A stretch of DNA of 64,000 nucleotides from Styela clava (GCF_964204865.1 NC_135256.1:12400001-12464000); one strand, 5' to 3'. Shown: positions 25,477-39,189, numbered from the stretch's first letter. Notes: a model not told the origin generated them from the letters alone. Made by a program: numbers and translations.

Positions 25477-28400
25477 GGGTATTGGACATATAAAGACCGA
25501 CTTGACATATCTCTCCCCCTTTTACAAACAAATTCTGGATGAACGAATCATGAACAATATTAAACGAGGTAAGTTACATCAAACATAAAGATTTTTTTCA
25601 GATGTAAATGCTCAACTTGATCTATTATTTGTTTTTACAAATTAATTTGTCTGATACACAAATCAAATAAGGCTTATAACAAAATGGTCTCTGGATTAGA
25701 ATAGCACGTAACATTTGCAGCAAAATCCTCCAACAGACTTATTTAATCATATGACCAGACTTACAAAAAATCACGTGGGAATAATAATACTGATTAACTT
25801 TATGTATTTATTATTCTTTAACGTTTATTGAATATCATTGATCGTATAATTGGGTGCATTTTTATTTGTTAATCGATTCTGTATTGTCGAGCTATAACAT
25901 AATAATTGTTATATCTGAGGATAAAAATTATCAATATATGGAGTAATCTCATTTTTTAATTTTACCAAATATGGAGTTATCCACGTTAAATTTATTCTCT
26001 TTGTAACAACTTTATTTAGGGCATGATCGATTTTAATAAATTATGCGATTATCCAAGGAAAATGTTATTAAAAGTAAAGTCGATTAATTTTATTTCCTGC
26101 GCTAATGTCTTTATGAGCGACGCCATTTTAATAAACCATTCTCATCTCAAATCTGGTAACGCTATTTTATTAAGCCTACTTTCATACTAAATCTGGCGTG
26201 ACGTATAATGATAATAGCAAAATGTGATTGAACAAGAACAAATTTACAAATGTAACAAATGTAATATTCTCCCGTTGTATGTTTCCACTTTATTGGTATT
26301 TGTAAGATCTTTTTAATGTTAATTATGTTTTATTCATTTTTTAAAATCGCGAGATAAATCGACTGGCATTAAATTGCAGAAAAAACACTGAAAATGTAGC
26401 ATTTCAATGAGCTTAATATACTGTCAAGGAGGGCCGAATATGTCTCTAACAAAAGGAGACGACATTATTACCAAAATTAACGTCATTTGAGCAATAATGT
26501 ACAGTGTACATCAAAATAGCACATGATGTAGTTCAAATATTCGATTCTTCTTACAAAGCAATGCTTTTAACAACAGATTTGCACCATTAGATTGAACCCT
26601 GAACGGAGATCCAATTAATTCTCACGAAAATAGTTAACCACGATAAATAGTTATAAAACTCGTAATAAATTTACTTCCCGTGTCTAATTATTGAATCAAT
26701 TGTTCAAGTCAGTGGGAGATCGTTACCCGTCAACATACATAATTTCCTTGTCTTACATTGAGATTAGTAATTAAATTTGTCATAAGTCACGCATAGGCCA
26801 ACTGTATGTATCAACATTCACTGTCGGCCCAAGCTAGAAGAGGATACATAATTCAAAATAAGCAAATTTAAAGAATGACCGTATGACCGCATATTTTTCG
26901 GCATGAATGAGCGATAATAACTTGTTTATTGTAAACAAGTTTTGTACATCATTCGCATCGTAAACAAGGAATTTATGTTTGTGGGACATTGGTAATTGTA
27001 AATTATGTTATTTATTGGAGCGTTGTATATGGTAGTAAGGATATTTTGTGAACAACGCTTTTATTGCCGTATAAATATTGCATAATTCGATCGTATCTGT
27101 AAACAATTGAACATATCCACTTCAGAAAGCGATAGTTAATTTCAATATCGTAATAACATCTACATCTTCTATTGGTACAATTTTTAATTTAGCGTGAGAA
27201 TAATCCGAACGGACTGTCATTTTGCATTTGTCACGTGATGTAAACTCTATTGTGTAAAAACCAAAACATAAAAGCTTGAATTTTAAATTGTATCCCCATG
27301 AAACCATTAAAAGTATGTCCCTTGATTAATTTGCCCCAGAGTGTGCAAGATCCATGCCCACTCATTGATTTAACAGTAATCACTAAGCGTTTTAAGATTA
27401 TAGCCGGTTTGTCAAATAAAATTTAAGAACATTAAACAGAGTCAGTCATAAATACAGTCGAAAACTTCCCTCGGAAAAGGTTATGATAAATATGATCAAG
27501 TAACCATTGTACCATGATGATTGATGACACATTTCCTAGTACTGTGACCTAAAAATTAGCAAACAATCTGCTCAACAACCAAACTGAAGACACCAGATAT
27601 AGATTAGGCATCGATGTGAAATAAAATTCTGTTTAGCAAAAAAATATAACCCAAATAATTTGACAAAAATGTATGGTGTGTATTGAGACTAAGTCTAGCG
27701 CTTCCCAGCGAATTTTGTCCAACACCAATGTCTTCTAATCTCATATAGACAATATGAAAATACGTGCATATTTAAGAAAAGAATGTGGCTTCACGGTTCC
27801 AATCTTCATTATAGTGACCTTTTTAAGAGAGAGTTTTGGGGCGGCCTATTACATTATCCTGATGGAATTAGAGTTCCCTTTTCGTTGAACTGTGACAATG
27901 ATCAGCGTGAAACATTTTTTTTGTTTGTATTCTTCCGGATATTTACTCTCCGTAGAAAATAGTACATTGTAACTATATTGTAAAGAGATACGAAACCGTT
28001 ACACTAATTGTAAATATGGTTCAACAGAGTAGCCTCAATCTATAAACTGGTTTATGCATATTTATTGTGATTCATTATGAGGTAGGTGTGCCACTTCATT
28101 TTGGACCTTACTCTAGCGTAAATCTCAGACGCAGTTATAAAATGTTGATTTAGCCATTGAGCTTTCATTGATTCTATTCACTTGAAGTGATATACACATA
28201 GCCATTAACCTACTTTCTGATTCGCTGGATTTTGGGCTGTTTACTCTATGTTTAAAACTGGCCGGAAAAAGGTCGAACAGTCACCAGACATTTTTACTAG
28301 GAACTGTCTCGCCGAGAAAAAAGTCGCCAATGCTTCACATAGAATTGATTAACAAACTTTTGATTCAACATGAATGTGTTCATTGCTTTATATAACCAAA

Positions 28401-28766
28401 TAAAATTGAAACTTTGAGCTATTCACTATATTGTGTATTCGTACACATGTGGAATGAAAATGGACGATTTTTAAGTTATGGTTCAAAAATAGATCAAGTT
28501 TTGCACAATAAATGATTATTATGGATTAACATTTGTGACCGTGAAACTAGGCGAGGGCATCATTCTAGTGTATATTGAAAATATAAGAAGATATATGTAG
28601 AAAGTGAAGCAAACTAAATATCCGTCAAGTGTAGGTATATTGACGAAACGCGAATAAAAAATCATAATGATGCATACCAGCACTCATATTCAAAATAGCA
28701 CGAAAGAATACACGATATCTTTAATTTTACAAATTGTATTGCTACACAATATACTACGGAAACTTA

Positions 28767-31700
28767 TTAATATCTTTGATATTTTTTGGCCTTTTTACGT
28801 TGAGAAAAACTCAACATTTTCTTGATTTTCTTCGCTTTAACTTCACTAGGAGTAGGTGTGTCTGTGAACGCACTGGGAGGCGGAGTCTGTAACGTTGAAC
28901 TCTCTTCATCAAAAAACTGTTCGGGTACAGGGATGGGAAGGTCGTTTTCTGCGAATTCTTGTTGCAGTCTGTTCTCATCTTTTATTCCTTCGAAAGAATA
29001 ATATTTAATAAAGAGAAATGCAACACCCGGTACAATGTATATTGGTATTAAAAAGTACTTTGTGTGCTCAGATATACCTGTTCCAATATCGCTGTAAGTG
29101 TTCCGTTTGTTAACAGATTCAGGTGTCTCTTCATCGTCGTTAGCAACTTTTTCCGGTGGATACCCTGAGAAAAAAGTCAAAATTACATTTATTTTTCTGC
29201 GCACCTCGCAAATACAGGACAAACCGATTTACCTGCATTTTCTTGCTCTGAGGCGCCATCTGTTGACTGGTCCGCTGGCGCTATCCCAAATGCCGTTTGG
29301 AACGCTTTCGTCCACCAAGAAAAGTTTTCTGAAAATCATGTATGTTTTGAGGTCTTGAAAATTTACACAAACAAAAAACATTATAAAATGATTTTCCAAT
29401 TCTGACTCGTAAATTTTCGAAAATCACCTGCTACATTTTCCTCGTCCGAATCAAACACATGTTCTCCACGAATTTGCCTCACGTGTCGTTTATTTTGATC
29501 GTCAATGCTTTTGAGAGTTTTGTTTATGTGGTCCATTCTAAAAATAGTATGAAGTACGAGTGAAATAACAAGAGAGCAGGGTTCAAATATATATATAGAC
29601 ACCAAGGTCGCGCATTAATCAGTCTTTGGATGAGCGCATTTTTGCTTTGAAAAAACGATAGGCGGACGAGCGAGAGGTAATAAAGTGTTCCAGCAGGTGA
29701 TAAAAACGACAACACGAACTAAAATAAAACAGCAAAATTTATGGTCTTATATACCTCAGTGGAAGTTTGAGAAAAAAAGTAATAGTCTGCTAGCGATTTC
29801 TTTCATCTTTGGGTGGTGAAAATTTAGAATTAATTGGTATATTAGATGCATATACCCAACATCAAATAAAATAATCCTAACAACAATCGGGCAAAACAAT
29901 CGTAAGTTCATTTGTGTCCAACAATATTATTCCAACACTTATTAATACACAAATTTAAGTTATATATAAAACGAATACCAACGAAATTTTCGGATTACCT
30001 GTTCATCCAGTAATCAAAACCTCCTTCCCATTCTTCTATTTTATCATCAAGTTCTTTTCTATCTCTCTCTCGTTGTCTCTTCATTTCACTGACAGGATCT
30101 TCTTTCTTTTCCTTCTTTTCACTTCTGTCTCGGAAATGACGTATCCTATATCGTTTTGACCACAAAATCTGAATATATAGAAATAGACAGAATTTTAGGA
30201 AATTCTATGAGCTATCAGAATGTTTATAAATATAATATTAATCCCATCAATTATATATCAAAGATTTATAATTTACTGATAAATATAGCAAAACCGTAAC
30301 TCATTGAAAGCAATGAGAATTTAATGTCTGCAAGGTTTTGATTCAAATGGTCTGATGTCTGTTTATCAAGTAGATTGTTTTGAAAGCAATGAGAATTTAA
30401 TATCTGCAAGGTTTTGATTCAAATGGTCTGATGTCTGTTTATCAAGTAGATTGTTTTAAGAAGTTTCGAGCATTGAAAATAATGATTCTCGCCTCTCCGA
30501 TGTGCACCAGTATCGAGATAAGGGATCCCATAACAAGAAATATAAACATTCCTCCTAGATTTCCAATTCCAAGTCGATTTGCTTCAATATCAAATGTCGC
30601 TTCTTTGCATTCTCCCCTGCAAAGTGAAAATAATAAAGAGAAACATTTCAAATACTCATTTTTGTTGTTCTCAATTGTCAGTATAGAATTACCACCTGAC
30701 CAGTTCATGTTATGTTATTTCTGGTAAAATTTCTATGAACGCTTCAGTAAACCACGAGCTTATCAGTGATAAGCTCGTGGTTTACTGAAGCGTTCATAGA
30801 AATTTTACCAGAAATAACATAACATGAACTGGTAACCTAACGAGAGGTCGTGGTTCAATACATGATAAAAACGCATTATCGGTTTCCTCTCGTTGAATAT
30901 GAAATCCAATTCTGTTTTATTTCCTGTGGTAATTAATTCACTAACCTGAAATTGAACCACTTTGATTCCAGTTCTTGTAGAGTTCCATCGTCTCTGAGCG
31001 AAGCAATAGCGTCATTGAAAACTGGGGTATATTTTGATAGCAATTGAAATGGAAGACCATACTGATATTCCCAGAAACCTTACAGAATGAAAAATATCTG
31101 GACATAGTATGAAAAATAACAGGAAAGGCGAATCATTCAAACGCGGGTAATAAAGTAACCAACACGTTGACCCAGCACTCTCGCAAAATTACACAGCATT
31201 TTAAATTAAAACTTGCGAAAAGATGCAACAACAAGCTTCTCATTGACTAAATATTTATGGCTCACATTCTTCTTTTCCGTAATAAAAATATACTTCTTGA
31301 TCCAACTGTTGAAATGTATAACTTAAAGCTCACTGACGAACGCAAACGAAAACCACTCTAGTAGACTACCATAGATAGCTCGCATCATAAACACAAATTA
31401 TCGACGCAATTTTTAGTTACTAGTTACCTTCTCCGACTCTAGCGTAATCGCAACCGCTTTGTTCCACGTTCGCCACTTCGCCAAAAGGAGCAAGGAAATA
31501 AAATCCTTTTTCAGATACTCGCTTTAGTATTTCTTCTGTGGAATTGAAAACATTTTCAGGATTTTCTTGCAAGTAATTCCATACCGTTGTATACGGTTCT
31601 GACGTGGCATGGGGCAGGAAGTATTGGTTTATGTCAGAATCTGCTAAAACTCCGTACGAGTAATGCACCTGTTAAATGTGATATTTACAAATTTTAGTTA

Positions 31701-34700
31701 ATATATTACGACGTGTACAAAAGAAAATTACGATGATTTCTATATCTATATATATTATGGGGCAATTGGTTAAGGTTAACATATGAAGTGGGATTTATGT
31801 CGTGGGTTAGGATATACCTTTGACCTAGGATAATCACTTTGACAAAATGTTAGACTTTTCATAGCAAGTGAGAATACAAGTGTGAGGCACGAGGAACAGG
31901 CGGGGAATGTGACGCCAAGTGTGGGGCACGACATGTGAGGCACCGATTAAAATCAGCAGGCTCTACGATTCTAGCAGCGAATGCGTGTCATATTTCGTGC
32001 GATACAACATTTAGCAGAGATTAGTTTTGCATACAGTACACTGATAATTGAAATGCCCTTTGGAGCAACTGGTGATTACCTGTTCAAGAAGGTTCTCAAG
32101 GTTACTGATATCTCCTGCAAATTCCTGTGTTAGAAAAGCCGTTAGATTCGCAGTGTAAGCAGCAATTACCAACATTGTGAAATACCACCACGTTCCAGTG
32201 ATTATTCTACCGGCATACGATAATGGCTCAACGTCCACTCCTTGGCCAACAATACCTGCGTATGCCATCCAAATGCTATTCCCAATGCCTGCGAATGATA
32301 TACAGTAAAACTAAAAATAATTCAAACTATCAGTATAGTTTACAACACTAATCTTGTGGTCATAAGGATCACATGTGACAGATGCATAAAAAGAAAGTGT
32401 TCGATATGAATGGTTAGCCTGCTCTTTGTTAATCTCATGCATAAGCGCAAAGTAAAAACAATTCATCTCATTGCATTTAAAAAAGAAATGCGACAACCTA
32501 ATTTGTTGAAGTTCTCCACATCAACATCTTCGTTGGTTTCATCAAGTGCTTGCTTTCTCCATTCAAACGGATTAAACTGGTTTACGAGGGCCAATACCAC
32601 ACTAACGAAAACAAGTGATGCCCACAACACAATCCACGAGTCCAGTGTAAACGGCGCAAGAAACTGCCAGATGTTAACTGGTGCTTCGTTCCCTGACGAT
32701 AGAGTCACCATGAAATGGTATACTTGCTGAAACGATACGGATAGTTCTTCTGTTTCTAGTTTTCCTCCATGAATTGGCCTCTTCTGAAGAAAAAAGTCAA
32801 CCTGAAAAGAAATACAAAACTTGTTTTATGTGTTGACGACGTCTTCATGCCCGAGTACATTTGCAACGACCCATCCGCATATAAGTAAATTAGGAGTATT
32901 AGTATTTTGAAACCCGCGTATTCGCGCGCAATTTTATTGTAGTACTGAAGATTTTTGCATACCAGGGTATTTGCATTCACATATCTTTACATTCACAAAT
33001 TGTTTTGGGTATTCTGAAAAAGCGGTAGGCTAAATTTGAAAGGCCACACTATGTGTTGAATGCTTATTGGTTTATGCTGTTGCATGTCCAGTTTATGCAA
33101 CACTGTCACAGAGAGAGAGCTGTCAAATTTCTACTACCTCACAAAAGAAGATATGTATATATGATGTCTGCACATAGTGTTGATATAAAGCTTTTGAGGC
33201 TTTGCCATACGGAAAAATAATATTCGAGTGGAAAGGAACAGTATACATTAGTTTGGATCGACAGAATCTAACCTGCTTTTTCTTCAGCATTCTATTTACT
33301 TCGTCATCTACATTCGAGCCATTGGGTCTGTGTTCGGGTGAGTTCAATATATCGTTGTATTCCAGTCTATATTTGAAATTTAACTGCGAAGACAAAGTTA
33401 CCAACAAATCCATGAGAAATCCTTCGTACGTAGTTTCATTGGTATTTTCGTTTACGTGCCATTTTACCCAAGGCGGATCCTGTTGTGAACATTTTATACT
33501 TTGGATAAACTTCTTTGGAACTTAACATGTTTCATAGCTGTTTTGTATTACTTACATAGACTATTCCAACAACGAGAGGTTCTTCCGGAAAAACAATCGC
33601 TGCTTGAACGAACGGAACATATTTAGGCTCGAATCCATACTTCCAGTATCCTACCTGCAAAATAAAATGAAAGATAGTGTAATGCGAATAAGTAATGAAA
33701 TATGTTGAAAAATAATCACGCCTTCACCTTCAGTAGGCAGGCTACCGTTACGCTACACAGTAGCGAAAACATGCTAATTAATTGTTAATATTCGTGCATT
33801 ATTCTGGCTGGCTGAGCGCCAAAACGGGACTTTTGACCAACCGGTCTCGACGCCGTGACAAGACGGTAAAAAGTGGGACGTATGGTAAGGTAACATTTAG
33901 GGCAGGGGTCGGCAACCTACGACCCACGGAGCACTATAATCCGGCCCGCGACGCTTCACTAAATTATAGTAACAAAACAACCGTTTTGACGAATATATTA
34001 TTCTTTAGACTAAATTATATTATAACCTAACAATTATATATTCCACAATTACTCGTTTAATGGGCATATAATTTACAATCACTCGTTTAGACAAATGGCA
34101 ACAAAACGCAGAAAAGTTGATGCTAAGTGCAGAGGATTCAATGGCGCTGAAAATATTCAAATGTAATTTTATGAGATGCAATTAGGGAATAAATCTATAT
34201 TCTATTCCAGAGATGTATCACTGCTTGATTTTTATTATAAAAAGTACCATCCGTCCGGTTTTCCAACTTTCTAAAAATATGTGCGGCCCGCCAATGACTT
34301 GCAACCTTAATTTTGGCCCGCGAGTGACAAAAGGTTGCCGACCCCTGATTTAGGGTATGGTAACAATGTCCCTAGTCGATTTCTTGATGAATTCTGTTTG
34401 TCGACTTTAAAAGAATAGGCTAACTGAGAAAAAGTGACATTCCATTTTTAGCAAAACGAAAAAAAATCGTCAACATTTATAAATGAACCATTTTCAATGG
34501 AAATGTAACGAAAACTAATGCAATAACCTTTAACTTGACACTTACAAAGCTCACGTTGCCTTTCGGATTGCCGAGATGATGTTCAAAATATTGAATTCGT
34601 GTAGGTCCATGATCATGCAACCATCTCATATATATTTCGGTGCATGTTCCTATCGAATAAAACTGAAATGGATACAATGAGAAAGCAATGTAGAAAAATA

Positions 34701-37700
34701 TAGCCCTGCTCTTAACGCTCGTATGCGCAGCGCTTTAATGGCCAAGAAATCCAAAGATGGAAGTTCGCTTGGTGGGGTATTTTTGTAATCAGCTAAATTT
34801 TGGTCAAAACTACGGTCTCCAGGAACCGAGAGGAGATGTGAAAAATTGGATGTAAGATGTTGTGTAGCGTTAAAAATCGATTTGGTTGGACGACGGACTT
34901 AAATGTGATGGAAATCGCTCGTAAAAAATTGAGAACAAAATCTCTATAAACTTATTTGTTAAAGGAAAATTACATTTTGAGAAATTTCGACGCTTTTTGC
35001 ACCCTGGTCTATCCCACATTGTTTGTTGTCAGATAATGGAATTGCAAAGCAACCTTCAACAATTGCATTGTTACATGACCTTTTCATCAGATTTAGAGAA
35101 TCCGTGGTAATAGCTGTGAAATATAAGATTGAATGTAATAATATTAGAAATTGAGCTTTCCGCTAATTTTCCCAGTAATGTTTATGAATATGTTGTTTCT
35201 GAAATATCATGAAAATCTGCATGTTAACGTCGTTTGCATCACGTTTGCGATACATTTCAGCTTGCATATATTTAAAATTTGCCCTGAAGTTATTAAACAC
35301 CACTTTCTCGTGTTCAGTAACAGAACAAAGTAACATTTGCTGCTGTACTTTATATAACTTTTTCCCGAGATCACACCACCGAAGCTCATTTTACCTGTTA
35401 TAACCGCATCTCTTGCAACTCTTTCCGGTGAACCAAGATTAAAATGATATTCAAGAACTTTTCGGATTGTTTGTGCACTAAGTAGAGTCAATCTGACACT
35501 AGATTCTAAGAAATCTTGCAGAAGAATCGGGTGTGTTTCCTGTTGAGTAAATGTACAAGATATTTGTAAATATTAGATATTTTTACAAAAAAAAAATTCC
35601 AATGCATTGTCGATCTATAATATTTTTTGTTACATTAATGAGCCGCTTATTTTAGAGAGTTGTAAACGTAGAATGCTTTTATTATCTTAACTAGAGATGC
35701 ACTGATGTATCGATATATAGGCCATTTTATCGTTATTTGTATCGGTATCGGCTAAATGTAGACCGATATATATTTAATTTTTTGATCCAGAATGTTTTAA
35801 AAGATAAGCTATCATGCAATAAATATGAGGGATCATGTTCGCGGTATTTGCCTTGTTAACTCTGAGCCATGCTCACCCCACCCCGCGATTATAAACGGGA
35901 ATCCGGATTCTGACCTGTTCTTAGCTATTTTATCAGCCAAACTAGCTCAACTAATTTGGCTATTTTCACGGCCGACTTTTTATATTGACATCTTTAATAT
36001 TCCATGGTAATTAGGAAGTAATATATCAATCGAATATGAGTGGATTTTCAAATGTGTGAAATACAAAATACGACGGTATATTGGCACAAAATCCTGCGCA
36101 CGCAACTTAATGTATTAGCTTGATATGATGAGTGAACATTTATTTATTTTACACCATCCATAGTAGCCAAACAGCTGTGCGTTTTCTAATCGACTAATCA
36201 CCGAGATTACTAGAGTCGCTGCACAATGCATCTGAACCAGTTAATGCATCTGGTTCACAAACCGGAATTTCTTAATATTTAACATATCTACTTTTCAAGC
36301 TGAGATAATGTGTACTATTAATATTGCTTGTCTGCCCTGTACACTTAAGGTAATAATTACATAGTATCGGTATAAGAATATCAGCAATTTCGGCTTTTTA
36401 AAGTATCGGAGTATCGGTGGCAAAAGTGGTACCGGTACATCTCTAATACAAACGTTCATTTTTTTCAAATTGTCGCCTCAAATAGGTTTTTTTAATAAGC
36501 ATTGATAAGTTGCACAAATTTTTTGAACACTGCTTTCTATTTTCAAATTGTATGCTATGTTCATCAAGCATTTTTGTCCAGAATTTCACAAAGCAGGCAA
36601 CGCACCTTGACTTTAAAAACCTTTTACATCCTAACACACCGTTCCTCGCTGTACCGGCAGATTTTTGCCAATAAATATGCTAAAATATAGAAGACCAAGA
36701 AATATTTACCAAATTTGGAACAATCCAATGATTCACTTCACTGACCATAGAAAGAAAGACAGCTTTTGTCATGACTGACGCAGCCAGTTTGTAATCGCAA
36801 AGCAATATGTACGTTCTGTATCCAAGGAGTCGAACAGACTAAATGATAAAGTTGTCTTTGATTCAAAGCAAATTTCTATAGTCAATATCTAACTTTGTTA
36901 AAACTTCTGCAAATTACTCTTTAAGAGTTTCCGTCAATGATATTTTAAACATCGATTTAACTTAAACCAAGTTACCCCACCTTTAAAATATCCCACGTTG
37001 CATCTTCATCTTCTGGTATAACATACACTTGTAAGTTAAGTCCTCGTTGTCTTGCAACGTCCAGGTCTTGGTAACCAAATGCCAAATCTAAAATAACATT
37101 TGAATTTTCGTATCAATTATATTTATAAACTGATGAACGTGATACAACGCATTAGTGTGGTAGACAAGCAGAATCCATATTCAAATTAATATATAAATAT
37201 TTGCATATTTACTTATGTAAATTACAGCCCCTACGAATGAAGTAAAAATTATCCATTATCTTATCCATTATCGTCATTTTTATCACATAGTGGAATATAT
37301 TTGAAACTTGATGTTATAGAGATAGACCGAGGAACTCCATACCTTCGGAACCGTCATAGAAAACTGCTGCAGTTTTCCAGTCATATTGTGCAATTCCGTC
37401 ATACATCGCTCTCATGACGTCATAATGAGATGGATACATGTACATCAAGTAGTCGTCCAATGGATCGCAGTGCTGCAAGAATAAGCAATTGCAAAATTTG
37501 GAATATTGTTATTATTTTATGATTAAAACTAAATCCTCTCATTATGTACATCACGCATCATTCCTATGAAAAAAACAGTGACAGCTTTCTTTAATTCAAC
37601 CATCGCAGTGCAGTTGATTAGTTGAGTCATTATGAAGAGGCTTGAGACTTTTGCTTGATTTACTTCACCTGGAAATTTAAATATAAGACATATAAAATGA

Positions 37701-39189
37701 TCGTGATATTCTTTCTGTTCTGACAACGACAGCAATCTGGCGAGCAACTAAGTTTGACCGAGTCAGTAGCGGTCATCTGTGTTTGTATAAATTGTGACTT
37801 TACGACATTACCGGATTTGTGGATCAAATCAGTGTTTAAGACCTCAGATACATTTCATCTAAAATTATGCGCCTCTTAAAACTACCAATCTAGGAAACCA
37901 AATATTTATTATCTGCGTGAACTTATTTTAACTGATCTTGTAGGATCAATCTAAAATGTTGTCAAATCTTTAACATATCGGTGCTGGGCCTCGCTAAATT
38001 GCCTAATTGACTGTAAACGATGTAAACATAATAATGAAAATAAGTTAGATTTGATTTTGTGCATTTCTGTTGTACAAATATAATCCAAAAACATTGTATC
38101 ATATATGGCTATATGCTATTTCATAATGTTATGCGGACAATCTCAATTTTTTTAATCAGATCTGAAAAATTCAATATAAATTGATGACAATAAATTGTCC
38201 TTCTGATCTAAACCGATTTTGTGTGATTTTACGCGCAGTTGACTGTAATAACTGAACGGTCTGGGGGATGTGCCCGCAATCACAATGTGACGCACGTACG
38301 TTGAATTCCGGAGGAAATTCCTTGTGAAACTGATTTCAATGCCAAATATAATATATTAAACAACTTTTACATGGACTTATGGAAGCCAAAAAAGGCAGTT
38401 TAGGCAGGATTATTCGGAAAGTTGTCATGTAACCAACTGTAAAGCTTTAATATGACCAACTTATTTTATATATATATATGTTTTACTTGGAGGTGGCATA
38501 TGAGAAAAAGAACAGTCATGAAAATTAAAACCGTAATTAGTTGGGCAATAAAAGCCAGGCAAATAATAAAATAGTTTATTGTATTTCTTGCGCTGCTATT
38601 AGCGTAACCTGTTTTGGTCTGCCCTCACGAGATTATGTATAAAGATAGGCGATATCTCGTTAGATGGAAATCATTAGATTATTCAGATATTTGTGGTATA
38701 CTTTGTCACTTCTAAGACACCACTCAGAAACGCTCGTTTCAAATGACCTATTTCAAAATCTGTTGACAAAAACATTTGTACAGATACCCTGATCGAATAC
38801 TAATTTAGTATTTCTATCAAACAAATAAGTGTTTTACTAGTTCATATGCAAACTATAACTACCAGTGAAAGCCTCATTTTATCTTTATAAGCTTTCAAAT
38901 TATTTTTATCAAAATTTAATGATAAAATATCTCATGTATAACTCTTTCACAACGAATGGCAATTTACTGCAGGGAATGTCTTACCTACTATATTGGTCAT
39001 CGTTCTCTGGTCAAACAGAATAAGATTAACTTCTAAATCCGAATTGTCGATCGCCTTCCTGAAACTTGGTAACGAACTTTCATAATATTGATCATATATT
39101 ATTGCAGTGTCGATAAATATCGTTCCTCCAAGAACAGTTGAGTTTATGGTATTTAGCAGAATTGTTAAAATAATAAAAAATCCTTTCAT
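28767..39189 (-). CDS. Divergent ionotropic glutamate receptor-like channel (signal peptide, ATD, S1, M1-M3, S2, M4, long C-tail), about 19-20 coding exons
   Basis: Exons include 39189-38985 (signal peptide), 37472-37343 (YDWKTAAVFYDG), ~37088-36982, ~36839-36710, 35539-35395, ~35114-34975, ~34650-34546, ~33655-33556, 33479-33273 (DPPWV..YEGFLMDLL), 32801-32498 (M1, FNPFEW), 32288-32080 (M2/M3, GRIITGTWWYF..AYTANLTAFLT), 31668-31428, 31078-30946 (..LESKWFNFR), 30616-30493 (GEC..M4), 30168-29999, 29537-29428, 29328-29233, 29164-29078, 28987-28767. One or two ATD exons could not be resolved. Confidence 0.9.
30304..30457. repeat. 76-bp tandem duplication in an iGluR intron
   Basis: TTGAAAGCAATGAGAATTTAAT..TCAAGTAGATTGTTT twice, one mismatch. 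Confidence 0.9.
30699..30833. repeat. Perfect 135-bp palindrome (67-bp arms, 1-nt loop) in an iGluR intron
   Basis: 30699-30765 is the exact reverse complement of 30767-30833. Confidence 0.95.
33903..34347. mobile_element. hAT-Charlie-like MITE
   Basis: TIRs CAGGGGTCGGCAACCT / AGGTTGCCGACCCCTG, GGCCCGC subterminal motifs, perfect 8-bp TSD ATTTAGGG. Confidence 0.9.
35692..36445. mobile_element. hAT (Ac-like) non-autonomous element
   Basis: TIRs TAGAGATG / CATCTCTA with clustered ATCGG subterminal repeats at both ends; decayed TSD (atcttaac / atacaaac). Confidence 0.7.

Noticed and set aside
31870-31945. GGCGGGGAATGT resembling a BEL polypurine tract plus LTR start, among GTGAGGCAC repeats
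   Set aside because: No LTR or coding sequence follows; likely chance or a DNA-transposon remnant.
38200-38335. Possible missing iGluR ATD exon (SHCDCGHIPQTVQLLQSTA)
   Set aside because: Could not find splice phases compatible with both neighbours; left unresolved rather than called a frameshift.
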